DNA of 64,000 bases from an uncultured Nitrososphaerota archaeon (GCA_963718895.1 CAVRAG010000004.1:64001-128000); one strand, 5' to 3'. Shown: positions 20,867-31,053, counted from the stretch's first letter. Made by a program: numbers and translations. Notes: generated from the letters alone by a model not told the origin.

Positions 20867-21015
20867 GTCGTCTCCGACTTGTCTAGAGGGAAAAGAAACG
20901 TTATCACGCGGTTGATTGTGTCGACGAACGGCTCCGCCGAGTATCCTAGGACTCGGGCCATCGCGAGCAAACTGCTACAGGAGAGTCCAAGCCAGCCCGT
21001 CTCACTCAACTCATC

Positions 21016-21858
21016 TCAAGACACAGTGAACTGGATAGTGACGAGCAGCGAATCCCCGTTCGCCACCAGGATTGGCGTTGCATTGAGATTGAGATAGTCG
21101 AACCCCTCCGTGTGGCCGTAGATTGTCAGTTGCGACAAGGTGCCTGCGTCTACCTCCAACACCCCGCATGGAGTTTGAGAGAGCGTGTAGATGCAGTTTG
21201 TGGGCGTGAAGGTGGTCGGACCGAAGGTCGCCTCCGTTATCCAGCCGGTGCACAAGGGAGGTATCGGGGAGCCAGTGCTGGCGTTCGGGCCACAGCCCAG
21301 CGGCGTGAGGGTGTTCGTCGCGCTGATTTCGGCCTGGCAGCCTGTCTCGGTATACTGGTATTCGTTCTCGGCTCCCGCGTTATCGGCGCAGGTTCCGCCT
21401 TGCTGCGTCACATCCGCCGGCCCGAAAACGATAGCGACGGCATTGACGAAAGAAGAGCAGGAGCCGCCCGAACCAGTGATTGACCCGGGTCCTATCGGAT
21501 CGGTGCTGCCGCCGTCCGACCCGGGGATACAGGCAGCCAGAGCATTCGTGCCTGCGGCGGTGAGAGGATCTGGTCCGGACCACTGGGATACCAAGCTCCC
21601 ATCAGGCGAAAGCACCTTGATGGTTTCGATTCCAGAAATCGACAGGCCTTGGTCCTCGCTCCCCTTACTAGAGACATTCTGATTGAAGACGTTTGCCAGG
21701 ACCGTGGACCCAAGCAGGATACCGATAGCTATACTTCCGACAATAACGAGAGAGATTTTTGTCCTCGACGAAAGTTGCAATGGATTGTAATTGGAAGTGG
21801 TCACCCGTTCTATAAAAGCCTTTGAAAAACTCCTGCTCGTTAGGGCAAGCTTCGACAT
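21016..21858 (-). CDS. secreted Cys-paired beta-rich protein
   Basis: N-terminal TM/signal; GIETIKVLSPDG...C-terminal VANGDSLLVTIQFTVS; 8 Cys. Confidence 0.7.
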   Translation of the reverse strand: MSKLALTSRSFSKAFIERVTTSNYNPLQLSSRTKISLVIVGSIAIGILLGSTVLANVFNQNVSSKGSEDQGLSISGIETIKVLSPDGSLVSQWSGPDPLTAAGTNALAACIPGSDGGSTDPIGPGSITGSGGSCSSFVNAVAIVFGPADVTQQGGTCADNAGAENEYQYTETGCQAEISATNTLTPLGCGPNASTGSPIPPLCTGWITEATFGPTTFTPTNCIYTLSQTPCGVLEVDAGTLSQLTIYGHTEGFDYLNLNATPILVANGDSLLVTIQFTVS

Positions 21859-21869
21859 ACCGTGCGAAC

Positions 21870-22185
21870 GACGTCAGCTCTTCCTGCACCGACGGCGCGA
21901 ATTCGTCGGCCTCTCTCGTAACCAGAGTGTTGCCTCCCGACCTCATGACCTCCTCGTCGAGCTTGCCCATCCCCGTGAGTTGGAGCAGGTCGAACTCGCG
22001 CGTTAAGGTCACGACCTAGGCCTATGGGCTCCTGAGGACCTCATCGGCGCGACGCTCTTTTGTCGAGCCCCCAAGCCCCACTCTCCGGAGGAAGTCCTGT
22101 GCGGACTATGTCACTTCCTCCTGGTTCTTCTGCCTCCACTGGAACGCCTCGGGACTCGTTTCCTTGAACTCTGGTCTAGCAATAC
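21870..22185 (-). pseudogene. remnant of a second tyrosine integrase
   Basis: FKETSPEAFQWRQKNQEEVT*SAQDFLRRVGLGGSTK aligns with the N-terminus MKVLNRKAYEWRRDHRDEVVSQLKIYLEKVGRRGSRK of the 34712-36005 integrase. Confidence 0.6.
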
Positions 22186-22225
22186 TACCAGGCCAGCGTA
22201 TGAAAACACATATGAACCAAGAGGT

Positions 22226-22240
22226 TCAGATATCGAAGTA
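22226..22240 (-). repeat. glnA-3' att copy (TAC TTC GAT ATC TGA = YFDI*)
   Basis: 13 contiguous nt identical to the glnA end; stop codon TGA instead of TAG. Confidence 0.65.
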
Positions 22241-22539
22241 TCCGTGGCGGTTAGCCACTGCATCTAATTTCATGCTACCTTTCCCACAGAAGTGGACTCA
22301 CCAGAAAGATTTGGTCCAGAAGAGATTCATCCGGATATCCGTATCGAGCCTGTCTTTGGCGTGAACAGATTCCATCGAGATAATCATGAGGTTGAACCGG
22401 CTATTCGTGCGTCACGAATCAGTGTACTGGCCTGATTGGCGCTCCCACCCGGAAGGGCAGATATCGCGACGTGGAGTAGGCCTAAGCGAAAACATTGTAA
22501 CCTATTCTGTTGTTCCAATCTGTCACTTAGATTCGACGT

Positions 22540-23121
22540 TCAATGAATGCGCTTTGATCTTGCCAGCAGGTAGACTATCACGCAGCTGATAATGACAGCG
22601 ATGGCGGTCCCTATCACCGAATCATGAAAAGCACCGGTGGGAAGCAATGACAATGTGCCTGCGGCTCCATCTGACAGGAGACTGTACACGATTGTGATGC
22701 TGTTGATACCGAGCAGCCAATTGCGCGGAAGGTCCTTCTTGGCCAGGGTGAGGAACCCTACGGACAGGCCGGTCAAGCCTACCAGAAGGTGACCAGCGCC
22801 AAAGACTGAGCCCGCAGCGTTAACGGCGAAAATGACGTAGGCGGTTCCTCCGAAAGTCACCAGCGAACCCACGACAAACTGGAAGAACAGGATCAACCGC
22901 CTCATACCTATCGTCACATACTCCTCCTGTCTCGATGACCCTATGTCACCCCCGGAGCCAGATTGGGAAGGTCCCGTTCCCGAAGTGGTCCCCAAGCGGC
23001 GAACAATGTGTAACACGACCGCGCAAAGGAGGGAAAGCGAAGCCAAGACTCCAGAGGTCTTCGACAGGATCTTGTCCGCCGCGTCCGCTGTCGCCGACGA
23101 GAGGAGGGATGGGCCTCTCAA
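22540..23121 (-). CDS. hypothetical membrane protein
   Basis: Four C-terminal TM segments; start coupled to the upstream stop; alternative start at 22905. Confidence 0.55.
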   Translation of the reverse strand: MRGPSLLSSATADAADKILSKTSGVLASLSLLCAVVLHIVRRLGTTSGTGPSQSGSGGDIGSSRQEEYVTIGMRRLILFFQFVVGSLVTFGGTAYVIFAVNAAGSVFGAGHLLVGLTGLSVGFLTLAKKDLPRNWLLGINSITIVYSLLSDGAAGTLSLLPTGAFHDSVIGTAIAVIISCVIVYLLARSKRIH

Positions 23122-23511
23122 GGTATCCTCTCCTTCGGTAAGTCAGAGGCCGTCTGGTTCCATCTCACGGCCATGAATGTCCCTGCAATGGTCATGCCAT
23201 AGATTCCAAAAGCGACAAGGAGATGGACCCAAGCGAGCAGGTCGCTCCCTGTACTGAGGGTCGCGAATCCGAGGACGATTTGCACAAGGATCGAACGCGA
23301 CAAGGCCGACAGACAACATCCTGAGCAGTCTGAATGCCGGTCGGACCATCCAGGCCACGACCAGCGTGGCTATCGCAAGGAGAAAGACGAGAAAGCCGAC
23401 TGCTATGTGAGGCGCTGCAGGAATGAAATCGAAAGTGAGCAGCCCTCCGAGCGCGAGCTGGGCGAAGACCACAATTCCTGTGATGCGGAAGAGAAGCTGG
23501 CCTGTCCTCAC
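23118..23511 (-). CDS. four-TM membrane protein with His in TM segments (frameshifted)
   Basis: VFAQLALGG...PHIAVG joins LVQIVLGF...WVHLLVAF across a shift near 23300. Confidence 0.55.
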
Positions 23512-23975
23512 CGTGAAGCCCCCCTTGACGTCCCCCCGGGCGGCTCCGCAGCTCCCGCAGCTTCTGCTATCTTCTTGAGAGCGTTCTCTGTCGCTTTCGC
23601 TATCTGGTTCTTCACGATACCCTCGACGAACCCAGGCAGGCCGTTCAAGGTCAAGTCCCAGGTAACCTCGATTCTGGTCTGCCTGTCCCCTGTCGGAACG
23701 ACTAGAATGGTCCTCTCGCCTTTGATCTGGTCGCCCTCGAGTGACAGCTTGATTGTTCTCTTCTCGGGATCGAGGACGAGCCTCTGCCTTGTCCTCTGCG
23801 CAAAGGCCCTCGGTCCCACAGTGGCCTCCCGTTCGACCGTCGTGCCTTCGGTCTTGAGGACTCTCACGTCTCTGATGTTTCCCCAAAAGTCCCCCTCCCT
23901 TCGCCAGTCGACCAGAATCTGCCAGACCGTGCCGATGTCTGCTCGAGCTTCTTGAGTCGTGGTTATGATTACCAT
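23508..23975 (-). CDS. SRPBCC/polyketide cyclase family protein
   Basis: VWQILVDW...TRIEVTWDLT...ATENALKKIA. Confidence 0.8.
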   Translation of the reverse strand: MVIITTTQEARADIGTVWQILVDWRREGDFWGNIRDVRVLKTEGTTVEREATVGPRAFAQRTRQRLVLDPEKRTIKLSLEGDQIKGERTILVVPTGDRQTRIEVTWDLTLNGLPGFVEGIVKNQIAKATENALKKIAEAAGAAEPPGGTSRGASR

Positions 23976-23986
23976 CCCGCTCTTAC

Positions 23987-24892
23987 CTACCCTGTTTTGG
24001 CCTGGGGTCGGTCGGATATGCTTGGTGTTACTGGCGGGGTAACAGCCGGCCTGGAGAAAGAGATCCCACCCAGCCGTCCGCCGTCTATTGGAACGACCGC
24101 GCCGGTGACGAACGAAGAGAGCTCGGAGCACAGCCAGACGACAACTTCGGCCACCTCCTCTCTGTTCCCTACGCGACCCAAGGGAACCGCAAACATGGCC
24201 TGATTCGGGGTTATCATCCCAGCCGTCCGTTCCGTCAGGATTGGACCCGGCGCGACCGCGTTGACTCTAATGTTCAGCTTCGCATAGTCCATGGCTGCCG
24301 CCTTCGTGAGCCCGATCACCGCATGCTTTCCGGCGACATACCCGGCGATGCCGTTCACACCCTGAAGGCCTGCGGTCGAAGACATGTTCACTATGGAACC
24401 ACCTCCCGTCTTCAGCATCGCTGGAATCTCGTACTTCATGCTCAAGAAGGTCCCCCCAGCATTCACCTTCAGTGCTTGGTCGAACTGCTCGACGTCAAGC
24501 TCGGCAAGGGGAGATGGCACGTGACCGCCGCCCGCGTTGTTGAACGCCGCGTCGAGTCGCCCGAACGTCCCCAGGGTGACGCTCACCAAGTTCTGCACTG
24601 ACCGAGGGTCGGTGACGTCGGTGGGCACGGAGAGAGAGTAGTCGCTTGAGGCGCATTCGTCCACGATTGACCGCCTCACTTCGTTCAGAGCGTCTTCATC
24701 TCTGGCGGCTAGCACGACCTTCGCTCCGGCCTTCGCGAATGCAGCTGCCGTTGCGGCCCCGATGCCGCGGCTCGCACCCGTCACTATCGCGACCTTGTCC
24801 TGAAGAAGCCCTTCGATGTTGCGAGGGAGCTTGAGTGGAGGAAGGACACCCTGTTCGCCCTGCACTTCCGCTGGGGTCGTTTGCAAATCCAC
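23987..24892 (-). CDS. short-chain dehydrogenase/reductase
   Basis: TGASRGIG, NNAG, YVAGK, NAVAPG. Confidence 0.93.
   Translation of the reverse strand: MDLQTTPAEVQGEQGVLPPLKLPRNIEGLLQDKVAIVTGASRGIGAATAAAFAKAGAKVVLAARDEDALNEVRRSIVDECASSDYSLSVPTDVTDPRSVQNLVSVTLGTFGRLDAAFNNAGGGHVPSPLAELDVEQFDQALKVNAGGTFLSMKYEIPAMLKTGGGSIVNMSSTAGLQGVNGIAGYVAGKHAVIGLTKAAAMDYAKLNIRVNAVAPGPILTERTAGMITPNQAMFAVPLGRVGNREEVAEVVVWLCSELSSFVTGAVVPIDGGRLGGISFSRPAVTPPVTPSISDRPQAKTG
24024..24046. promoter_or_regulatory. TGTTAC-N7-GTAACA operator copy inside the SDR 3' end
   Basis: ggtgttactggcggggtaacagc; arms identical to 25329-25351. Confidence 0.55.
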
Positions 24893-24898
24893 CCTCTC

Positions 24899-25287
24899 CT
24901 AACTCTGTGGGCGCTCCAGCTCCTTCCTCATCTCTTCGAATTGCTGCTGTGTGATCTCGCCCCTCGCGTACCTCTGCCTGAGCGTCTCGAGGGCCGGGTC
25001 ACTGGCCCCGCCATAGTACCAGCCTCCCCTCCCCCACCACCAGCCGCCCCAGAAGTACCAGCGCACGGCGAAGAAGACCAGGAAGAAGACCGGGATGATG
25101 AAGAAGAACCAGGGGACGGGAGACCACCAGAACCAGGGGTAGGTCGCACCGGTGGCAGAAGGAGCGGAGGGGACTCCTATGTACAGCTCAACACCTACGA
25201 ATGTCGCTATCAGGCCCACTGCAGCGAGCAGCGGTACGAACACCCATCTGCGCGATGAATGGGGCTTTGTTTCTTGATACGTTCCAT
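24899..25287 (-). CDS. SHOCT-domain membrane protein
   Basis: ALETLRQRYARGEITQQQFEEM; two TM; 5' end possibly frameshifted. Confidence 0.8.
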
Positions 25288-25328
25288 TTCACCTGTCGAG
25301 CATCGAATTCCCAAAATCTAATATCTGT

Positions 25329-25351
25329 GGTGTTACCCTGGCGGTAACAGC
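25329..25351. promoter_or_regulatory. TGTTAC-N7-GTAACA operator in the divergent SHOCT/TrmB promoter
   Basis: ggtgttaccctggcggtaacagc palindrome. Confidence 0.6.
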
Positions 25352-25360
25352 GAAGTAAGC

Positions 25361-26182
25361 ATGGCGGCGATGGAGCACCTAATCAGGCTCGGTCTCAACA
25401 TGAACGAGGCGAAAGCTCTGGACGCACTGATCACCCTTGGTCCCTCTGGGGCTTCAGATGTACACAGGCACGCTGGGATACCAAGGAACAAGGCATACGA
25501 AGTGCTCGAGCGGCTAGCCGCCAAGGGCATGGTCGAAGTGCAGAACGGGCATCCTATCCTTTACAGGGCTGTCGGCGCCAAGACTATCATTGAATCGCTC
25601 ACGGAGACCTACGGAACCGAGGCTAAGGAGGCTCTAGTCGCACTCGAGAAGGAGGAACAACTCTCGGAGGCAAGCGATTACGACGACACGACCTCTGTCT
25701 GGGTCGTGAGAGGGGAGAATGGGATCAGGAGGCGCCTGGCGGAACTCGTGTATGATGCTAAGGAGGACATCTTCTATGTGGGCGGATATCCGCCGAAGTA
25801 CCCTCTGCTCGTGAAGACGGCGCTCAAGGCCGTAGCGAAGAAGGGCGTTAACGCGAGAGTGGTCTGCATGATACGGCCAACCGAAGATGTCAAGGAGGTA
25901 TCTGCAGATGATGGCTCGGTCATAGAGTTCAGGACGGTCAAGTCGTCCGGAACGCTTAGCATTAGGATCCAGCCCTACGATGAGAAGATCGTGGGGGGTT
26001 TTGCTGGCATGTCGGGGCTTGGAGGGATGGCGATAATCGACGAGTCTATTGCGTTCGACATTGTCGATGATGCCAAGGGTCCAAAAAGTGCTGTAGGCAT
26101 AGTCTTCAAGGCACCGGGCATTCCTCGTATCCAGAAGGCGACCGTCGAAAGGGTACTGGCGTTGTACACTAGGAAGCTCTGA
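25361..26182 (+). CDS. TrmB family transcriptional regulator
   Basis: LGLNMNEAKA...AGIPRNKAYEVLERLAAKGMV. Confidence 0.88.
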   Translation: MAAMEHLIRLGLNMNEAKALDALITLGPSGASDVHRHAGIPRNKAYEVLERLAAKGMVEVQNGHPILYRAVGAKTIIESLTETYGTEAKEALVALEKEEQLSEASDYDDTTSVWVVRGENGIRRRLAELVYDAKEDIFYVGGYPPKYPLLVKTALKAVAKKGVNARVVCMIRPTEDVKEVSADDGSVIEFRTVKSSGTLSIRIQPYDEKIVGGFAGMSGLGGMAIIDESIAFDIVDDAKGPKSAVGIVFKAPGIPRIQKATVERVLALYTRKL

Positions 26183-26297
26183 ACAGGCCCTAGAAGCCGC
26201 GGATGTCTGGCAGCGCCTGAGGAGAGGAGGCCTGTGATAGCACGGTCACCGGCGTCTATCACTGCGAGAACTATCGGTTCCCGAGTTCTACTCATAT

Positions 26298-26314
26298 TCG
26301 GATATCGAAGTGGA
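26298..26314 (-). repeat. degenerate glnA-3' att copy
   Basis: tcggatatcgaagtgga; 11-nt core gatatcgaagt identical to the glnA end. Confidence 0.5.
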
Positions 26315-26327
26315 TCAATGAAAATGT

Positions 26328-26759
26328 CTACGTGTCCATTAGGAAGCTAAGTTCGATCTTGAAGGGATGTTTCTTCAGTTCTTCGTCAAGCTCCTTCTCG
26401 TGCCTCGCGAATAGCACGGGGATGGAGAGGGTCTCTCCCGCCGCTATTGTGATACAGTCCACAACGGAGATGGCCCGATCACATTTCATCCTGGCCGCGG
26501 CTTCCAGAAACGCTTGAACTTCATGCACTTTGAAGTAACCAGACTCCCGGATCGAATTGGCCACGCTCTCGGCTTTCGCCCACCCTTCCCTTCTGCAGCT
26601 GAGGTAGCTTAGCTCTAAGAGGTTCAACTCGGTAGTGTGTGGTACGAGGCTTCCGCTTTCCAGCCTGGCTTTCAAGGCGAGCGCAGACTTCGATCCCCTG
26701 ACCATCTCAATCAATACTCCGGTGTCAAAGATTATACTTTCGCTTGGTTCTTCGCTCAT
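26328..26759 (-). CDS. vapC: PIN-domain VapC toxin
   Basis: IIFDTGVLI, LLELSY, SVVDC. Confidence 0.85.
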   Translation of the reverse strand: MSEEPSESIIFDTGVLIEMVRGSKSALALKARLESGSLVPHTTELNLLELSYLSCRREGWAKAESVANSIRESGYFKVHEVQAFLEAAARMKCDRAISVVDCITIAAGETLSIPVLFARHEKELDEELKKHPFKIELSFLMDT

Positions 26760-26982
26760 CTCTCGCTCTCTCCTCACTAAGGTCTTCTAGCCTGAGACTG
26801 GGCACGGCACCGAAGAGGAAAGACAACATCTCCGGCCTGCGCCTTCCGGTGCGCAACAGATGCTTTATCGCCTCATCGAGGTCGACCCTTCGCCCCTCGC
26901 GAGCCTGCAGGGACCCAGCGATACGGACGAGTTCTTCCTTGGTCTCCTTCGAAATTTTGATCGTTTCTGACACCTTTTCCAC
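26725..26982 (-). CDS. vapB: VapB-type (RHH-like) antitoxin
   Basis: ETIKISKETKEEL...DLDEAIKHLL; overlaps the vapC start. Confidence 0.75.
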   Translation of the reverse strand: MEKVSETIKISKETKEELVRIAGSLQAREGRRVDLDEAIKHLLRTGRRRPEMLSFLFGAVPSLRLEDLSEERARDERRTKRKYNL

Positions 26983-27099
26983 TTGGTAGAGAAGGTGTAG
27001 ACTGCGCTATAAGTCTTAGGCTGCTCGGAGGCGACGAGCGACTCATATCCAATCGCCCGCGCCCGGCTCGCCGAGCTCTACCTATCCAAGGATATCTGA

Positions 27100-27119
27100 C
27101 TAGATGTCGAAGTAGAGGT
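27100..27119 (-). repeat. att copy of the glnA 3' end (distal boundary of the newest element)
   Basis: ctagatgtcgaagtagaggt vs ctagatatcgaagtagaggt (36041-36060): 19/20, and the mismatch is synonymous (GAC/GAT). Confidence 0.85.
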
Positions 27120-27350
27120 GGGAGTTAGGTTCCATCTGTCCGCTGCTCACAAGGGACAGAGAGCGTGAGGTGACGTCACGGCTGCGCTCTCCGTTCTAGG
27201 GTGGCGGGAAGAATTGGTCTACAGTACCGACTGGGATTAGCGGCCCGCGATAGTAGGCAGGTACTTGATGAGAATTAATACGATTGACATGGCGACCCAT
27301 GTGAGTACCACTATCCGCAATGTTTCTTATAAGATGTGGACTCGATCTAC

Positions 27351-28090
27351 TCACTTCCACTTCGTGAGTATCTCTTCCCTCTTGAAGGTGGTTATGCTCA
27401 GATAGAAAAGAAGCAGGTCGGCGACCAGGAAGATACCGGACATGATGAGCAGATTGATTGTAGTCAATGGTATCACGCCTATCTCGGTCATCACGTAGAT
27501 GACGATGAAGGGGAGGAACATCACTCCGGTGAACTGCTGTACGCTTCGAACGTCATTGGCGCGTGCGGAAAGGATGACGGTCAACTCGATTGAGAGTATG
27601 CTCGCGAGCGGTGCGAGGAGGAGGAGGGTCACCCCGAAGCTCCAGTTGGGATAGTAGAGATACCCCAGCCCGGCATGAGTGATTAGATCCATCAGGACCA
27701 TGAAGACTACCGAGCTAGCCCAGATCGCGGCAATCGGCGGGACGAATGAAGCGATGCTCTTTCCCAGCAGAATCTCACTGTCCGTCATGGGTGTCGCAAG
27801 GAGAGGTTCGAGGCTCTTCTGGAGCTTCTCGCCTACTATGCTGTACGAGGCAATTCCAGTTGGGAGACTCGCGGCTCCAATCACAAACCAAAAGGAAAAC
27901 GCGTTCAAAAACGGCAAGACAGACGCGTTTATGGCTCTGCGCCAACAACGCTATCGATTGCAACAAGTATCCCGGGAAATCCCAAGGCAATACCGAGCGG
28001 GAAAGCTATCGTAGCGTAGATTACGCCCCTCCTCTTCTTGAAGGTCTCGAAGTCCTTCGATGCGACCGACCAGGCGTTTTGCAGGTCCAA
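27351..28090 (-). CDS. ABC-2 type permease (frameshifted)
   Basis: AWSVASKDF...SYSIVGEKLQKSLEPLLATP; shift near 27930-27960. Confidence 0.8.
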
Positions 28091-28095
28091 TTCTA

Positions 28096-29027
28096 TCACT
28101 GGCTCCTGACCAGCTTCAGGTACACGTCTTCCAGGGTCGCGCCCGCCTCGGCAACGGATTGGACACGGCCGCCAGCAGCGAAGATTGCGTTCAAGATGTC
28201 GGGAACATCTTTCTCAGGATTATCGACACTTATCATGAGCTTGTTACCTTCCACCGCTTCGACACTGCCCTTTCCGACCCTCCTCGCTGCGGATATGATC
28301 GCATCGTTGACGCTCTCAAGCTTGACCACGGTCTTCCTTCCGCTGATTGATCGTTCGAGTTCGGCAGGTGTGCCGAGAGCCATCAGCTTGGTGTTCAGTA
28401 TCGCAATCCTGTCGCATATCCTCTGGGCCTCGTCGAGATTGTGCGTGTTCAGGAAGATGGTCTTCTTCTCCTTCTTCAGGTCGAGGATGAAGTCCCTGAC
28501 CGTCTTCGATGCTTCAGGGTCCAGGTTGGCGGTAGGCTCGTCCATGAAGAGCAGTTGAGGGTCATGAATCAACGCGCGAGCTATGGCAAGTTTCTGCTTC
28601 ATGCCTTTGGAGAAGGTTCCTGCCGCTACGTCTTTCTTCTCCCACAGTCCCAGCAGCTTGAGAAAATACTCTATTCTCTCTCTCCTCTTCGCTTCATCGA
28701 CCTTGTAGTACCTGCCATAGAAATCCAGGTTCTTGTAGGCGCTGAGCTCCTCGTACAGACCCACATTGTCTGGAACAAGTCCGATCATCCTCCTGATTTT
28801 TGGTTGGTCTGAGCTATTCCCGATGTCGTATTCGCCCTATCTTGGCGGTGCCGCTCGTCTTCGATATCAGACACGCCAGCATCCGTATGGTGGTGGTCTT
28901 TCCAGCGCCGTTGGGGCCGAGAAACCCAAAGACCTCGCCTTCATCCACATGGAGCGTCAGGTTATCAACCGCAATCAGGTCGCCGAATCTTTTTGTGAGG
29001 TTCTCAGCATCTATCAGGCTAGGTCAA
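28096..29027 (-). CDS. ABC transporter ATPase (frameshifted)
   Basis: Walker [10 protein letters not shown] upstream of a shift near 28835; FSKGMKQ, MDEP. Confidence 0.85.
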
Positions 29028-29144
29028 ACCCCATCGTATTCCCCATATACGCGCCACCCAAGCCAGCGCAATTGTAAATTATATTGAACGACCGCCACGG
29101 GAGTCGGGGCGTATCCTGGTATGGACAATTTAGAGTGTTCGCCG

Positions 29145-29163
29145 ATGTACAAAATTTGTGCAT
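29145..29163. promoter_or_regulatory. palindromic operator between the ABC genes and the membrane/wHTH genes
   Basis: ATGTACAAA-a-TTTGTGCAT (one mismatch). Confidence 0.45.
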
Positions 29164-29202
29164 TGACAGCCTCGTGGCCGAAGTGATGAGGGTCCTGAGA
29201 AG

Positions 29203-29881
29203 ATGATTGAGGACTCGGCCATCACGCCCGAAGAGGTCAGGGCCGTCGGGCAAAAGGTGCTCGCAATAGAACGGGTAGTCCTCAGGAGGGCGTGGGGATT
29301 GGCCTACGCCATCACCGCTGCGGAGTTGCTCCTGAGGCTTGTCCTCCCTGTCTCGAGCTATGAGCTCGGCCTCTCGGCCGTTGTCAGCATCACCGGGAAC
29401 ATTGTCTTCCAAACCATGATTGCGCTCGCCGGGTTCGCAGTCTGGATATGGATCTTCAGGCGCGTCTATGTTCTGAGATTCGTCAGAAGGTCAATCCTGG
29501 GTTCGTTCTGGACTTGGGGCTTGAGACCCATCCCCGCGCTGTTGGTCTTCGCGCGTAGCATACGCCGGGTTGATTGCGGCGCTCACGTTCCTTCCTTCGA
29601 ACTTCGCGACCATCCTGTTCGGGCTCGCTGCCGCGCAGACACCGCTGTTCTACTACTCCCTGAAAATCTCATTCCCAGAAGGCCTGCCGCGTGAAGGCGT
29701 GGCCGCGCTCCTTGCCTTTGGTGGTGCAGCGATCGCTACCGTCTTCGTGACCATCTCTCCGCTCGTGAGTAACTTCATCCCCTATCTGGCTCTCTGGGGA
29801 TTCGCCTCCATAGTCCTTCTTCTTGCCTTTCTGTACACTCGTTCGGTGAGACTTCCCGAACCTCCGAAGGAGACCCCCTGA
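29203..29881 (+). CDS. membrane protein (frameshifted near 29555)
   Basis: LRRAWGLAY N-part plus hydrophobic 29570-29881 C-part. Confidence 0.6.
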
Positions 29882-29882
29882 A

Positions 29883-30230
29883 TTGGTGAACAAGAAGGAG
29901 GAACCCGGTGACCCCCAGAGCATCAAACGGACGACCATGGACCTGCTCAACGAGCAGTTGGGTGACCCGTCTCTTAGATCCTCCACTAGGATATTGATCT
30001 TGATGCTGCTCTCAGTCCACAAGAAGATGGGCTTTGTCGAGCTGCTGCGCTTCACAGGTCTGGGAAGGAGCAGCCTTGGAAATCACTTGAGCAAACTCGA
30101 AGCGGCAGGATACGTCAGGACTAGAATGGTCAAATCGTTCCTCGGCAGGAGACAGGTAATCGAGATAACACAGAAAGGCCTTGAAGAATGCCGGACGTTA
30201 CTGCAAAGGATTCAGAGCATCGATGTCTAG
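29883..30230 (+). CDS. winged-HTH transcriptional regulator
   Basis: SSLGNHLSKLEAAGYV...ITQKG. Confidence 0.85.
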   Translation: MVNKKEEPGDPQSIKRTTMDLLNEQLGDPSLRSSTRILILMLLSVHKKMGFVELLRFTGLGRSSLGNHLSKLEAAGYVRTRMVKSFLGRRQVIEITQKGLEECRTLLQRIQSIDV

Positions 30231-30364
30231 ACCCCGCGTCAGACCACCCGAGATTGTTCTTGGACACAATTTCAGGATTCAGATTCCCGTCGGGTCCGCC
30301 TCCGTTCGGGTCCGTACGAAGAAAGAGTTATAATCCTATTTGTTCAATAGGATTTCGGGTTCAC

Positions 30365-30619
30365 TTGAAAGCAAAGGTGGCAAGGCGGTACCAGATTACG
30401 ATTCCCGAGGAGGTAAGGGAGGAAGTGGGGATCAATGTGGGTGACCTCGTCGATGTTACGAGCCACGGAGGAAGGGTTGTGATTGAAAAGGTCGGAGGGA
30501 ACTGGGACGAAGTAATGAGGGAGACCAAGGGCGCTTGGAAATCTCATCCTGCTTTTGCTGATATGAAGGACTCGGTTGAGATAACCCATTGGCTCAGAAA
30601 TCCGCGCATGAAAAGATGA
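30365..30619 (+). CDS. vapB: AbrB/MazE-type antitoxin
   Basis: KVARRYQITIPEEVREEVGINVGD. Confidence 0.85.
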   Translation: MKAKVARRYQITIPEEVREEVGINVGDLVDVTSHGGRVVIEKVGGNWDEVMRETKGAWKSHPAFADMKDSVEITHWLRNPRMKR

Positions 30620-31053
30620 CGACGCTGTCGCTGGACACCAGCGTCCTTATCAGTCATTTGCGTGGAGACAAGTTCGCTGAAGAGACCGATTCATTCCTGC
30701 GAAGAGCCATCCAGAGCAAGACACAGCTGGTCATCCCGGACGTAGTCTACGCGGAACTTTACACCGGAATCTTTCTGGCCTCGGACCCTAAGGCCGAAGA
30801 GGCCAAGGTTCAAAACTTCCTCGGAATCAACAACATAGAAGTCAGGACCTCCAGGTCGTTGAAAATCGTCAAGAGAGCAGGTGAGCTCTATTCGAAGAAG
30901 CTGAGAGGACAAGGCGGAGTTCAGAGGATTCTTCCCGATTTCCTGATTGCAGCTCAAGCAGAGGCGACCTCGGAGGGATTCGTTACGTGGAACAGGGAGG
31001 ACTACGAGGGTCTCGGGTTACGGATTCGCGTCCTCCGACCAAACGAAGCGTAG
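30616..31053 (+). CDS. vapC: PIN-domain VapC toxin
   Basis: LDTSVLI, VYAEL, DFLIAAQA, TWNREDY; ATGA overlap. Confidence 0.88.
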   Translation: MTTLSLDTSVLISHLRGDKFAEETDSFLRRAIQSKTQLVIPDVVYAELYTGIFLASDPKAEEAKVQNFLGINNIEVRTSRSLKIVKRAGELYSKKLRGQGGVQRILPDFLIAAQAEATSEGFVTWNREDYEGLGLRIRVLRPNEA

